From contig OZ223209.1 of NCBI GenBank assembly GCA_965140415.1, positions 1,632,001 to 1,696,000 of the forward strand: 64,000 nt of DNA, read 5' to 3'. This DNA comes from Myxococcota bacterium (lineage in GTDB: Bacteria; Myxococcota_A; SURF-8). This document shows, piece after piece, positions 1-10,396 of the stretch; positions within the stretch are counted from its first letter, which is position 1, and each line of letters opens with the position of its first letter. The notes below the pieces were generated by a model. It had not been told where the DNA came from. It ran no database searches and saw nothing but the letters and a program-made list of their open reading frames with translations. A program made the position numbers and the translations under genes.

Positions 1-425
1 TAGTTAGGAGACAATAAAACCGGATGTCCCTTGCGTCCCTGAAAGACAGGCTGGATTGCATCGCAGTCCGTTTCGTCTGTGTGAAGTAGTGCCGAAAGCG
101 TTTCGGTGCGTAATCCGATGACATCGACCGGCAGCACCAGTGCCCAGCGATCGGGCGGGACTTCGTTCAACCCACGCAATAGCGAGGAAAACTGCCCGCT
201 TTCCCATTGATGATTCAAGGTCACCTGTGGCCAGTCTTGTAAAGCTGCTCCGACTCGTTCTGCCTGACAGCCGATCACGATGCAGCTCTGCGCGCAGCCG
301 TGTTCCTGTATAAAACGCGCCTGTGCCAGTGCCAGCGGTTGACCGTGGCTATCCAGCAGGGCTTTGGGCAATCCCATGCGTTTGCCACAACCTGCCGCCA
401 GAATGACTCCGCTTGCGGAAATCAC
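1..425 (-). CDS. Nucleotidyltransferase family protein (MocA/MobA-like, molybdenum cofactor), truncated by the left window edge
   Basis: Not in the ORF track because it has no stop in the window. My translation from GTG at 425 (GTGA overlap with the xdhC stop) reads ISASGVILAAGCGKRMGLPKALL...N.QWESGQFSSL...LPVD...FQGRKGHPVLL, which matches NTP_transf_3 motifs; adjacent to xdhC. Confidence 0.85.
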   Translation of the reverse strand, partial: MISASGVILAAGCGKRMGLPKALLDSHGQPLALAQARFIQEHGCAQSCIVIGCQAERVGAALQDWPQVTLNHQWESGQFSSLLRGLNEVPPDRWALVLPVDVIGLRTETLSALLHTDETDCDAIQPVFQGRKGHPVLLSPN

Positions 426-1219
426 GTGTTGTTCCAGATTTTCTTCGGATCGGCGTGTTGACGGATCAACTCGGCGGCAACGGAAACCGCGATTTCCTGC
501 GGCGTTTCGCTGCCGATGTCCATTCCTACCGGTAAGGTGATGCGCGATAAATACTGTTCACTGATACTTGCCTGTTGCAGGCGTTCGAACAGTTGCTTGC
601 GCTTGCGCAACGATCCCATGATTCCAAGCGAGCGGAAGGGTTTGTCGCACACACGCTGCGCCACCTCGAAATCGAAACGATGTTCGGGCGTCATGACGAT
701 GATGTCCAACTCGTCGTGAAAGCGAAGGCGTGTTTCCAACTCTTCATAGGGTGCGGTGATGCGCTTGCATTCCGCAAACGCTTCCAACTCCAGGCGTCCC
801 TGGCGGTCATCGAATACCGTAACGCCGTAGCCCAATTGTACAAGCAGCGGACATAACGCCGCCGCGACGTGCCCCGCACCGAACACCAGAACCTGCCTGG
901 CTTGCAGCACCGGTTCAAGGTATACGCTCATCTGTCCACCGCAGGCGTGACCCGCTTTTTCGGAAAGATCGAAAGGCAACAGTTCCGCTTCGCCACGTTC
1001 GTCCATCAGTTGCCGGGCGCGTTCGATGATCTGCAATTCCACATCGCCACCGCCGACGGTGCCCTCGATGCGGCCTCCACGATCGATAAGCATCTTGGCG
1101 CCCGCTTTGCGCGGGGTGCTGCCCGAGGTCTGTACGACTACCGCGTATACGAATTCCCGGCCCTGCTCGCGCCAGTCTGCCGCCAGTCGAAACAGGTCGC
1201 TTTCCTGTATCGCCTTCAT
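422..1219 (-). CDS. xdhC: XdhC/CoxI family xanthine dehydrogenase accessory protein
   Basis: Motifs GSTPRKAGAKM, GTVGGG, CGG, VFGAGHV, MGS.RK and P.G.DIGSETPQEIAVS. Start moved to ATG 1219 (ATGA overlap with the upstream gene). Confidence 0.9.
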   Translation of the reverse strand: MKAIQESDLFRLAADWREQGREFVYAVVVQTSGSTPRKAGAKMLIDRGGRIEGTVGGGDVELQIIERARQLMDERGEAELLPFDLSEKAGHACGGQMSVYLEPVLQARQVLVFGAGHVAAALCPLLVQLGYGVTVFDDRQGRLELEAFAECKRITAPYEELETRLRFHDELDIIVMTPEHRFDFEVAQRVCDKPFRSLGIMGSLRKRKQLFERLQQASISEQYLSRITLPVGMDIGSETPQEIAVSVAAELIRQHADPKKIWNNT

Positions 1220-4200
1220 CGTAAGCTTTTCCGGCGGGAACGTTGCAACGTCGCTGCAAACAGCGCAAACACCAGCAGTAAAACGGCTGGTGTCGTTTGG
1301 GTACTCTGGCAACCGCCGCCGCCACCGCCGCAGACTTCCTCGTTCGAGTCATCGGGCAAGCAGGGATCGCTGTCGTCTTCGTCCGGTCCCGTGCAACCGT
1401 TGCCCTGGCCGTAGCCGTCTTTATCCTGATCCACGCAGCATTGATCCGGGTCGGGATCGCAGGAACAGGCAATGCCTGCGTTACGCTGGGCATCGGTGTC
1501 GTCGCAGTCGATCGGCACACCGGAGGCGCAGGTGCTGCCAACGAAATAATTGTCTTTGTCTTCATCGACGCAATCGTCGGTGTTGCAGACTTCGACTGTC
1601 AGTGTCATTACGTCCGCAACCGAGTCGCCGTTTTCGAAACCATCGGAAACGATCAACTGGATTTGCGCTTGGCCAGTGTCGAAAGCGGTAAAACTGACCT
1701 TGTCGCCCGATTCGGTAACGGGAATCAGGTCGGCGTCGGATAAGCCCAACGTGTTGCCGTCCTCCAATACTGTCCACTGGAAATCGACGAGTTCATGGCC
1801 GTCTGGATCGGAAGAGTTGGAGCCGTCGATATCCACGGGGTTACCGATGCACACCGTCAAATCACCACCCGCATCGGCGGTGGGCGTGTTGTTCGGGTCT
1901 ACATCGATGTCCACGCGCACGCGGCAGTTGGTGCTTTGATCCCAGGAGCGGAACCAGAAAGCATAATGCCCGTAGGTCAGCGGGGTGAAGGTGGCAGTCG
2001 GAGTCAGGCCATCCACCAGAGTCGTTACCTCATCCACCACCGAGTCGGCGGAGATCAGGGACCATTCGTAGGTCAACTCGTCCTGATCCGGATCGTAGGT
2101 GTCGGAGCCATCCATGACAATCGGGAATCCGACGACCACATCATCGATGATGGTTTCGTCCACCGAACAGACCGGCGCGGAGTTATACTCGGAAAGTGCT
2201 TCCACATCCACGATCATCGGCACGCTGGGATCGCCATGATCATCGTAAACCACCAACTGGAAGCGATAGGTTACTTCCAGAATGTCGGGCGTAAAGGAAA
2301 CGCTTTGGGCGGTCCAACTGGAAAGCACCACCGCCGGTCCATCCAGTTGCGACCATTCGAAGTGCATCTCGTCGTCATCCAGATCGACACTGCCGCCGGC
2401 GTCGAGTGTTACCAGCTCGTTGGGATTGGTGACGATGACGCCATCCGCGCCGGGCCGCGCAGCTTCTGTATCCATATTCAGGATGGAGGGAATCGGCGCG
2501 CTGTTGCCTTCACTGGAAACCGCCACGGTAACGGTATCCGGCAGCGAATCGATTTGACCGTCGTTGACGGTTAATTCGAAGGTGTACAGGCCGCTTTCGG
2601 ATGCGTAGAACGTCGGACGCTCCGTGTCCGAGCCTTGCAGTGTCACGGCAACGCCGCCGATCTGCCGCCAGGAGTAGCTCAATGCCGCCTGTTCACGATC
2701 CGTACTGTAGGAGCCGTTCAATTCCACCTTGACGAACGTTGTCGGCGGTGCGGAACCGTCAACGGTTGCCAGCGTTGCACCGAAGGAAAGATCCGCTTCG
2801 GCCACCGGGGGTTCGTTGCTGGTTTCGCCGATGGCGAACTGCCGCAGGTAGGGGCGGCTGTCGTCGACTTCATTGGAAACCATCAGACGGAAGGTATACA
2901 ACCCGGCTTCCGTTGGAGTGAAGTACAGATAACCGGGCGTGCCCGTATCCAGGGTGGGCGTATCCATCGGACCTTCGATGTATTCCCAGGTATAGGTCAA
3001 GCTTACCGGGTCTTCCAGTTTGCGGCGGTCGCTGGAAACGGAACCGTCCAAAATAACTTCCGTGCCCGTTACGGTCAGCGGTACTTCACGGATATACGCG
3101 CAGGGCAGGGCCTTGTGGTTTTCGATGTCGAGCACTTCAACATCCACCGCCAGCGGTTCCGAGTCGTTCAACCCGTCGTTGACGGTCAACTCGAAGCTGT
3201 AAAGCCCTGCCTCTAGCGGTACGAAGCTCGGTTCGGCAATGGTCGTGCTGTCCAGTATCTCGGCATTGTCGGTCCACAAGTAACTGATGCTGTCGTTTTC
3301 GTTGATGTCACCCGAGCGCGAAGCGTCCAGGTAAACGATGCTGCTGGGTGTGTAGCTGCGCCCCAGTTCCGCAACGGCAGTTGGCGGTTGATCCAGAATG
3401 CTAATGCTGGTGCGATCCGTCGGTCCCCAGCGCAGGGTATTGTTTGCGTCTAGCACCAGGTTGTATTCCCCATGCGCGGTGGTGTAGAAACAGGCGATGG
3501 GATCGTTGGGGTATTCGCTCATCCAGTCGGGGTTCAGGTAGACTTCGACGTCGTCGGAATTGTCCTGCACCCAGCGATAGGTCAATTGACGGTTATTGGG
3601 GTTACTGGTTACGCTACCAGCCGCACAGACATAGCCCGGTAATAGTTCCTGATCTTCTCCGGCGTCCACTTCGGCGGCGTCTGAGGGATTGAGCACTTCG
3701 ATGGAGTATTCGCGGCAGGTAAAGAGCAGTTCGTCGTCGCGGATACAGACGTTGAAACTATGTGAACCCACATCGCTTTCCGTCGGCGTCCATTTGAAAC
3801 GACCTACATGGTCGATATTCATGCCGTCTTCTTCGTGTTGCAGGTAATAGGTCAGAATTTCGCCGCATACATTGTCCGGGTCGTATCCACCGAATTCGGT
3901 GTTGAATTCGCTGTTCGGGAAAGCGACCCCGTTTTCGGGAAAGACAACGAAATCCGGTGTGTCGTTTTTATTCATGACCAGAATGTCGATGGTCAACGTG
4001 TCGCTGCCGCCGTCGTCGTCTTCCACTTTCAACTGTACTCGGTGGCTGGGGTCGGGCGTGCCGGAGCAATCGACATCGCTTGAAGTGGTGACCCAGGACA
4101 AGCTACCGGTGAAGCTGTTGCACTCCATGCCTTCCGGCTTTTGCAGGCAGGTGAAAGTCAACGGGTCATTGTCACCCGGCTCGATAATGGTCGGAGTGAA

Positions 4201-6318
4201 GTTGAAGGTGTCCCATTCCCAGATGCGGTCGCTGATGACGATGCTGTCATCGAATTGCGGTGCCACATTCTGCACCTGAATGGACAGCACGAATAGCGAT
4301 GGGTCGCCCTCCGTGCAGGTGCTGTTGCCGTCCGTATCTTCGATGCACAACGCAACGTGTTCGCGATCGGTACCGACCGTGTTTTCTCCGAAACGCACAT
4401 TGACCTGACCTGCGCCGGTAGGGCAGTCTTCGTCTTCAACGCATTCGATGAAGGTGGCTTCCGAGCAGAAACCTCCGGTGCAGGTGGAGGTTACGGTCTC
4501 CGCTTCTTCATCGTTTACGAATGCGACGCCATCGTAAGACAGATCCCAGTGGATGGCCACGATCCGGTCGCCGGGGGCTACACTCGATTGCATGGCGCTG
4601 AAGGTCACAACCTCGCCTTCGTCCATGGTGTATTCATTGCTCGTGCCATGGGGCGTGATTATTGCCGTGGGTGGTTTGTCCACGATGTCGATCAGGTGAT
4701 CGTCCAGCGAGGTGAGATTGTCATCGTCGGTGATGCGCACGGCGATATGCGCCTGCCCAGTGGCATTCCAACTCGGTTGTACCAGCCAGGCGTCATCCAG
4801 ATCGCCGGTCAATACCGAGCCGGTCACTTGTGCCGTGAAATGCTCTGGATCGCCATCGTAACCGAAATCCCATTCAATTTTGATAATTTCATCGGTGTTG
4901 TTGGAAACATCGCTGACCGAGAAATGACCTTCGTCGCCTTCCTGCAACTCGGTTTCGCCGCTGATGGCGGCTTGCGGCGGAATGTCGGTGACGATGACCG
5001 ACACATTGGTGAAATCGTCGGTAGAGTCGTCGTCGATCACGCGCAGGCGCACGACAAAGGGGGCGCTATCCGGGTTGTGATCGCTGTCTTCATCCCAGCT
5101 ATGATTTATGATGCGTGCGGAATCGCCCGGTGTGGGGCTGAAGCCGACCGACTCCAGATAATCCCAGTCCCATTGATACCCGGTAATCGAGCCGGGCACC
5201 GCCTGCGAGCCGGAGGCGTCGAAGCGAAGTTCCTGGCCTTCTTCGATGGTGTAAGGAGCTTCGAGCAAGTCGCCTTCGGTGGTTCGAACCACCAGATTCG
5301 CTTCCGGCAGCACGTTTTCTGGCGTTACCTGGGCAAATGCAATGTAAGTGCGGCCATTGGGATATTCGCCGGAAGAGTAGTTGTCGGTTACACGCACGGC
5401 GGCATTGTAGAGACGGGCGTCTTCGAAGCTATGGATAACCACTTCCCCAAATGCTTCCGGCGAAAATTCCGCCGGGCTGCCGCTGTAATCGAAATCCCAT
5501 TCGAAGGAAACGATTTCATAAGGATTGGGGACCGTATGAACGGCGTTGAAACGGACTTCCTCGCCTTCGGCAAAGGTTTCCAGGTCGCGATCCACGCGCG
5601 CCCAGGGACCTTTGTGGATGACATTCACCGTTAAGCTGGTATAGCCGACGCCCGCCGGGTTGTCGGTGTCGGTTACGCGCAGACCAACCATATAGGTACC
5701 GATGGTGTTCCAGATGTTGCTTGCTGTGGCATTGGGGTTGTCGGCGTCGAAATGTGTCGGGCTGCCGTCCCAGTCCCAATCCCAGGCGTAGGCGTTGATC
5801 TCGCCGCTGGCGTCGCTGGAGTCTTCACCGTGGAAGGTCGTCCAGGTGTCTTTGAAAACCGCCAGTTGTTCGTATTGAATGGTGCCGTCTACATCGAATC
5901 CATACGCCACCGCTTCCGGGGTCGCATTCGAAATCGGGATGATGACGCTAGTCTGATCGGAAGGGTAGGGCGCGGTATTGCTGGTAACCGTCAATACGAC
6001 GACAAAGCCGGTTGCCTGACTTGGAACGCCCGGATTATGCGGGAAAACGTAGGTGTGCGCCGGATTCGGTAACGTCGAGGGCGTGGCCACATCACCGAAT
6101 TGCCAGTTGTAGCTGAGCGTATCGATTTCTCCCTGGCCGGTGGAGTCGCGCCCATCGAATTGGACGGTGTCGCCTTCCACTCCGCTGAAACCATCGCAGG
6201 ATTCGCCGTTGCACAAAATCACGGCCTCTACGGCCTCGGCGCTGATGGGGACGGCAATTGAAAACGACAGCAGGGCCAGCAGCACTAGAATTCTACTCAT
6301 GCGACGAGGATACCACAT
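1216..6318 (-). CDS. Giant (1700 aa) secreted PKD/Ig-like repeat surface protein with a MYXO-CTERM-like C-terminal sorting signal
   Basis: N-terminal signal peptide; many PKD-like units (FDASGS, Y.WD.DYD, Y.F.L.V.DG); cadherin/He_PIG-like units; Cys/Asp motif CVDEDKDNY..DCDDTD; C-terminus GGGGGGC followed by a hydrophobic helix and RSRRK. Confidence 0.85.
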   Translation of the reverse strand: MWYPRRMSRILVLLALLSFSIAVPISAEAVEAVILCNGESCDGFSGVEGDTVQFDGRDSTGQGEIDTLSYNWQFGDVATPSTLPNPAHTYVFPHNPGVPSQATGFVVVLTVTSNTAPYPSDQTSVIIPISNATPEAVAYGFDVDGTIQYEQLAVFKDTWTTFHGEDSSDASGEINAYAWDWDWDGSPTHFDADNPNATASNIWNTIGTYMVGLRVTDTDNPAGVGYTSLTVNVIHKGPWARVDRDLETFAEGEEVRFNAVHTVPNPYEIVSFEWDFDYSGSPAEFSPEAFGEVVIHSFEDARLYNAAVRVTDNYSSGEYPNGRTYIAFAQVTPENVLPEANLVVRTTEGDLLEAPYTIEEGQELRFDASGSQAVPGSITGYQWDWDYLESVGFSPTPGDSARIINHSWDEDSDHNPDSAPFVVRLRVIDDDSTDDFTNVSVIVTDIPPQAAISGETELQEGDEGHFSVSDVSNNTDEIIKIEWDFGYDGDPEHFTAQVTGSVLTGDLDDAWLVQPSWNATGQAHIAVRITDDDNLTSLDDHLIDIVDKPPTAIITPHGTSNEYTMDEGEVVTFSAMQSSVAPGDRIVAIHWDLSYDGVAFVNDEEAETVTSTCTGGFCSEATFIECVEDEDCPTGAGQVNVRFGENTVGTDREHVALCIEDTDGNSTCTEGDPSLFVLSIQVQNVAPQFDDSIVISDRIWEWDTFNFTPTIIEPGDNDPLTFTCLQKPEGMECNSFTGSLSWVTTSSDVDCSGTPDPSHRVQLKVEDDDGGSDTLTIDILVMNKNDTPDFVVFPENGVAFPNSEFNTEFGGYDPDNVCGEILTYYLQHEEDGMNIDHVGRFKWTPTESDVGSHSFNVCIRDDELLFTCREYSIEVLNPSDAAEVDAGEDQELLPGYVCAAGSVTSNPNNRQLTYRWVQDNSDDVEVYLNPDWMSEYPNDPIACFYTTAHGEYNLVLDANNTLRWGPTDRTSISILDQPPTAVAELGRSYTPSSIVYLDASRSGDINENDSISYLWTDNAEILDSTTIAEPSFVPLEAGLYSFELTVNDGLNDSEPLAVDVEVLDIENHKALPCAYIREVPLTVTGTEVILDGSVSSDRRKLEDPVSLTYTWEYIEGPMDTPTLDTGTPGYLYFTPTEAGLYTFRLMVSNEVDDSRPYLRQFAIGETSNEPPVAEADLSFGATLATVDGSAPPTTFVKVELNGSYSTDREQAALSYSWRQIGGVAVTLQGSDTERPTFYASESGLYTFELTVNDGQIDSLPDTVTVAVSSEGNSAPIPSILNMDTEAARPGADGVIVTNPNELVTLDAGGSVDLDDDEMHFEWSQLDGPAVVLSSWTAQSVSFTPDILEVTYRFQLVVYDDHGDPSVPMIVDVEALSEYNSAPVCSVDETIIDDVVVGFPIVMDGSDTYDPDQDELTYEWSLISADSVVDEVTTLVDGLTPTATFTPLTYGHYAFWFRSWDQSTNCRVRVDIDVDPNNTPTADAGGDLTVCIGNPVDIDGSNSSDPDGHELVDFQWTVLEDGNTLGLSDADLIPVTESGDKVSFTAFDTGQAQIQLIVSDGFENGDSVADVMTLTVEVCNTDDCVDEDKDNYFVGSTCASGVPIDCDDTDAQRNAGIACSCDPDPDQCCVDQDKDGYGQGNGCTGPDEDDSDPCLPDDSNEEVCGGGGGGCQSTQTTPAVLLLVFALFAATLQRSRRKSLR

Positions 6319-6572
6319 CGTGCATACACTCCTTCACAGCCTTCATTTAAGGGCGAGTCCAATCATTTCGACGCTACGGGGATTTCGACACCGCGCACCG
6401 ACATTACAGATCTTATATGGTACCGGGATATCGGGAAGATGTCAAAGTATTCAAGCGGTTCGGAAGGGAATTAACCGCAGCGCAATGCAACGTAAAACAG
6501 CAGGAAACATCATGCAGCAATTCGTTTACTTTGATGTTAAAACGGTTTCCGCACCTTCCCGATTTTTTGCTG

Positions 6573-7685
6573 TTATTCTTCGCCGTCGCCATCTGCTGTT
6601 TCGGCATCGCCATCGGTGATTTCAACGCAGGACTGCGTTTGCTCGTCCCATTCTTCGGTTTCGTTGCAATCGGCGGGTGAGGTTCGCATGAAGTTGCTTG
6701 CACTGCATCCGGCATCGAAATCATAGGCGTCGAATTCGAATTCCAGTTTTCCACTGGCATCGGCCAGCGCCAACTGCAACAGGTGGCGGTCGGAGCGTTT
6801 GAGAGAGCAGTAGGCAAGAATGTAAAAGCTCTTGGATAACGCCACGATATCGGTGGCGATGGTATCGAAGGTTGTGCGCAGTTGGGTAACATCCTGCGCC
6901 CAATAATGACCGTCACTGGCGATGGCTTTCAGCACCTTCTGATCCAGGTCCACTCCCAATCCGACAGTAAACACGGAATGAGTGCTCTGCTGGGCTTCGA
7001 TTACCGCTTCTTCATCACTTACACGCGCCGCCTGGTCGCTGCCGTCGGTAAAGATGACCAACGATCCCGCGAAGAGAACGTCGTCGCGGCGGATATCCTG
7101 CTCGTGATCGTCCAACAGGCGCAGGCCGTTGATCACCGCTCCGTTGAAATTGGTGGATTTGTCCACTGGCTGGTAGTCGGATAACGAATCGATTGCAGCA
7201 TCCAAAGCTTCGACATCATTCGTGAAATCGATTAATGATTGCAGATCTTCACGTCCGTCATAGGTGTAGATCGCCACCATTTCCTGCCCGGCCACGCGAT
7301 CCACAAAGGTGCTGGCGGCATCCTGCAAGCGATCTAAGTTGCTGGTTCCGGTGATCGAGCCGGACATGTCCAGCAACAACAGGGTGGCCAGTTGGAAACT
7401 GTTCGGATCGGTGATGATCGCCTGATCGCTTTCAAAGGGGCTGACATCCTTGCCGTCTTCGCGAATGACGAAATCCGAGCCGTTTCGGCCCGTGATCGGC
7501 AAACCGCCGCAGGTTTTGATCTGGAAATAGACCTTGACCACACTTGGCTCGTAGGTTTCGCCTTCGATCAACTTGAACTTGGCGCAGGATTCATCGTCTG
7601 GTGCAGGACTGTCGTCGCAGGCGAACAGGCCAACGGCAAAAATGGAAACCAGCAGCACTAAAAAAGACAAACGTCGCATAGTCAC
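6573..7685 (-). CDS. VWA-domain lipoprotein
   Basis: Lipobox LFAC; MIDAS motif LLLDMSGS, later T and FTDG; C-terminal DGD-containing acidic tail. Confidence 0.85.
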   Translation of the reverse strand: MTMRRLSFLVLLVSIFAVGLFACDDSPAPDDESCAKFKLIEGETYEPSVVKVYFQIKTCGGLPITGRNGSDFVIREDGKDVSPFESDQAIITDPNSFQLATLLLLDMSGSITGTSNLDRLQDAASTFVDRVAGQEMVAIYTYDGREDLQSLIDFTNDVEALDAAIDSLSDYQPVDKSTNFNGAVINGLRLLDDHEQDIRRDDVLFAGSLVIFTDGSDQAARVSDEEAVIEAQQSTHSVFTVGLGVDLDQKVLKAIASDGHYWAQDVTQLRTTFDTIATDIVALSKSFYILAYCSLKRSDRHLLQLALADASGKLEFEFDAYDFDAGCSASNFMRTSPADCNETEEWDEQTQSCVEITDGDAETADGDGEE

Positions 7686-7941
7686 CCCATACTTAAATCG
7701 GTTGAGATGTTGATTTCATCGTCACTCAGACTCGGCAAATGGAGTCTATTCAGTGGATTATTATACTCGCAAGTCGGGTCTGACGTCAAATCTTTCGCGA
7801 AACACGTCAAAACGTCGGGCAGCAGGTGTGGAGGTTGTTCTCGGGTTCGATTTTTTAACTAGACGCTCACGTACAAAAAGGATTGCCCTTAATGGGTAGT
7901 TTGAGTTAGGGTAGCCCGCGAAAGAATTCAGGAGGAACGCA

Positions 7942-10254
7942 ATGCCGAAACGGTTTTTTACATGGTTACTGAATCATAAAATTTTAGTGCTGGTCATCTA
8001 TGCGCTGTTGCTGATCCCGTCCATTTACTATGCCGTGCAGGTTAAAACGGACAACTCGCTGGATCGCATGATCGTTCCCGGCGATGAAGGGCGCAAGATC
8101 TTCGATCGCTTTTCCAGTATTTTCGGATCGGATGAATTCATTCTGCTCGGTTTCGAAGGCAAGGATATCTTCAGCCGCGAATTCCTGACCAAATTGGATG
8201 AAGTCGAGCGCCAACTGCACGACGTGCCTTACCTGGCGCATACCCGTTCGCTAATGGGAACTTTCCGCCAGGTCAATCCGCTGTTCAATCCCAATGAGCC
8301 GCGCTGGTGTGAGCGTTTCCGCGATTTTTCACTCTCGACGCCATTTTTCAACAAGCAAGGCTTGGTGTCTGCCGACCGCATGTTGACCATCGTGCTGCAA
8401 CTGCGCATGAAAACCGCCGAGCAGCGCCGCGAAGTGGTGCGCGCGACCAACAAGATTTTAGAACCTTTTGAAAAGGAGGAGAATTCCCCCTTCCGTACCA
8501 TACGCAAAGTGGGGCAGCCGTATCTGAATTATGAAATGGATTACAGCGCCTACGAAATCGGTACGCAATTCTTCCCGATTTACTTGTTCTTTGCTATGGG
8601 GCTGGTCTTTTTCCTGTATCGGTCGGCGCGGGGATTGCTGGCGGTATTGGTTACGCTGTTGGTCAGTCTGGCCATGGCGGTCGGTCTGGTGGAAATGTTC
8701 CATTCTGTGCTTACCTTGATCTCCACCGTCATGCCCATGATGGTTATGGTCGTGGTGATCGAGACGATGATTCACCTGTATTCCGGCTACGTGCGTCCGC
8801 CGGAAGGGGTGGACATGCACGATCATCTGATTCATGTACTCGACAGCAAATGGAAAGCCTGCTGGTTTTCAGTCGTTACCACCGCTGTTGGATTCGGGTC
8901 GTTCGTTCTTTCTCCGGTATTGCCGGTGCGGGATCTGGGGCTATTCGTTGGAATTTCGCTGGTGTTGTGTTTTGCCGCCAGCTTCACCCTTTTTCCGGTA
9001 TTATTGGATCTGCTGCGTCCGACTACCATGCGCAAATCCGGCAATGTCGGTCTGCAAATTCTGGATCCCATCCTGGCCGGGATTCCTACTTACACCTATT
9101 GGTATCGAAAAACCCTGGTGCCGGGAATCACTATTATCGCTGCACTGGCGATCAACAGTTTCTTTTCCATGGAACTGGAAACCAACACCCTGAACTACCT
9201 CAACGAGGAAAACAAGCTGCGTATCGATACGGAGTTCATCGAAGAGAACCTGATGGGTCTATTATCGATGGAGATCATGCTGGAAGGTGCGCCGGAACAG
9301 TTCGCCAGCCCGGATAGTCTGCGCAAACTGCAACAGTTCGAACAGAAAGTGCTGTTGGTGCCCGACGTGCAGAGCATCTTGTCCAGTTCGACCTTGATGC
9401 GGGTGGCCAATTTCATCGAAAACGGCAAGGACAGTTTCCCGCGTTCCAACTTCGATGTGTCCAAGTATATTCTGGCTCTCTCGCAGCAGGACATCTGGGG
9501 TTCTTATATCTCAAAGAAATTCGACAAGTTACGAATATCTGCCATTACACCGGAAATCGACTACCACGGTTTCGACCGCCTGCAAATGTCCTTTAACCGG
9601 ATGTGGGATGACTTCAAGGAAAAGAATCCGGAATTCAAGGATGTGAAAATTACCACCACCGGCATGGCGCCGCTAATGGCCAACATCACGCGGCATATGC
9701 TGGGAACCTTGCTCAGCTCCTTCTTAACCACGTTTCTAATCGTGTTCTTCATCTTCTACATCGAAATCCGGCGTATCACCTATGCGATCTTGGCCATGTT
9801 GCCGTCGTTATTCGCCATCATGCTGATGTATCTGGTCATGACGACCAGTGGCGTCAAACTGGATATCGGTTCGATCATGATTGCCGCTGTCGTACTGGGA
9901 ATTTCGGTGGATGCTACCATCCATTTCTTCCAGCATTACATGGAAAAACTGGAAACGGGCGCCACCGTGGGCGAGTCGCTGGAGCATTCTCTGATCATCA
10001 CCGGGCGTGCCATCATGGTTTCCACGATTGTCATTCTGGCCGGGTTTGTGACTTTCACGTTCTCCGACTTTCCACCGATCAAGCATTTCGGCTCGTTGAC
10101 GTCGGTGTCGATTTTCTTTTCGCTCTTCGGCACCATGGTCTATTTGCCGGCTTGTTTGTGGCTGATGAATCCGAAGGAAAAACCGAAGCATCTGGAACAG
10201 TATGACAGCGGTTTCCGTGTGCTTCCCCCGAATCCGCCACAGAAAGAAGAATAG
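7942..10254 (+). CDS. MMPL/RND family exporter
   Basis: 770 aa with two repeats of one TM, a large soluble loop and five TMs; motifs TTAVGFGS and GISVDATIHF; AGGAGG ribosome-binding site. Confidence 0.88.
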   Translation: MPKRFFTWLLNHKILVLVIYALLLIPSIYYAVQVKTDNSLDRMIVPGDEGRKIFDRFSSIFGSDEFILLGFEGKDIFSREFLTKLDEVERQLHDVPYLAHTRSLMGTFRQVNPLFNPNEPRWCERFRDFSLSTPFFNKQGLVSADRMLTIVLQLRMKTAEQRREVVRATNKILEPFEKEENSPFRTIRKVGQPYLNYEMDYSAYEIGTQFFPIYLFFAMGLVFFLYRSARGLLAVLVTLLVSLAMAVGLVEMFHSVLTLISTVMPMMVMVVVIETMIHLYSGYVRPPEGVDMHDHLIHVLDSKWKACWFSVVTTAVGFGSFVLSPVLPVRDLGLFVGISLVLCFAASFTLFPVLLDLLRPTTMRKSGNVGLQILDPILAGIPTYTYWYRKTLVPGITIIAALAINSFFSMELETNTLNYLNEENKLRIDTEFIEENLMGLLSMEIMLEGAPEQFASPDSLRKLQQFEQKVLLVPDVQSILSSSTLMRVANFIENGKDSFPRSNFDVSKYILALSQQDIWGSYISKKFDKLRISAITPEIDYHGFDRLQMSFNRMWDDFKEKNPEFKDVKITTTGMAPLMANITRHMLGTLLSSFLTTFLIVFFIFYIEIRRITYAILAMLPSLFAIMLMYLVMTTSGVKLDIGSIMIAAVVLGISVDATIHFFQHYMEKLETGATVGESLEHSLIITGRAIMVSTIVILAGFVTFTFSDFPPIKHFGSLTSVSIFFSLFGTMVYLPACLWLMNPKEKPKHLEQYDSGFRVLPPNPPQKEE

Positions 10255-10396
10255 CCCAAGCGGAAATAATTTCAGCATCTGGCAGGTTTACTCTAATGGA
10301 ATTCGTGTCGCATCATGAGGTCGCGTAAAACTCCGAATTCCATTGAGTGCCGGAGCGCGTTATGCTAGGCTAAGCGCTTGATTTGCGGGAGGCGGC

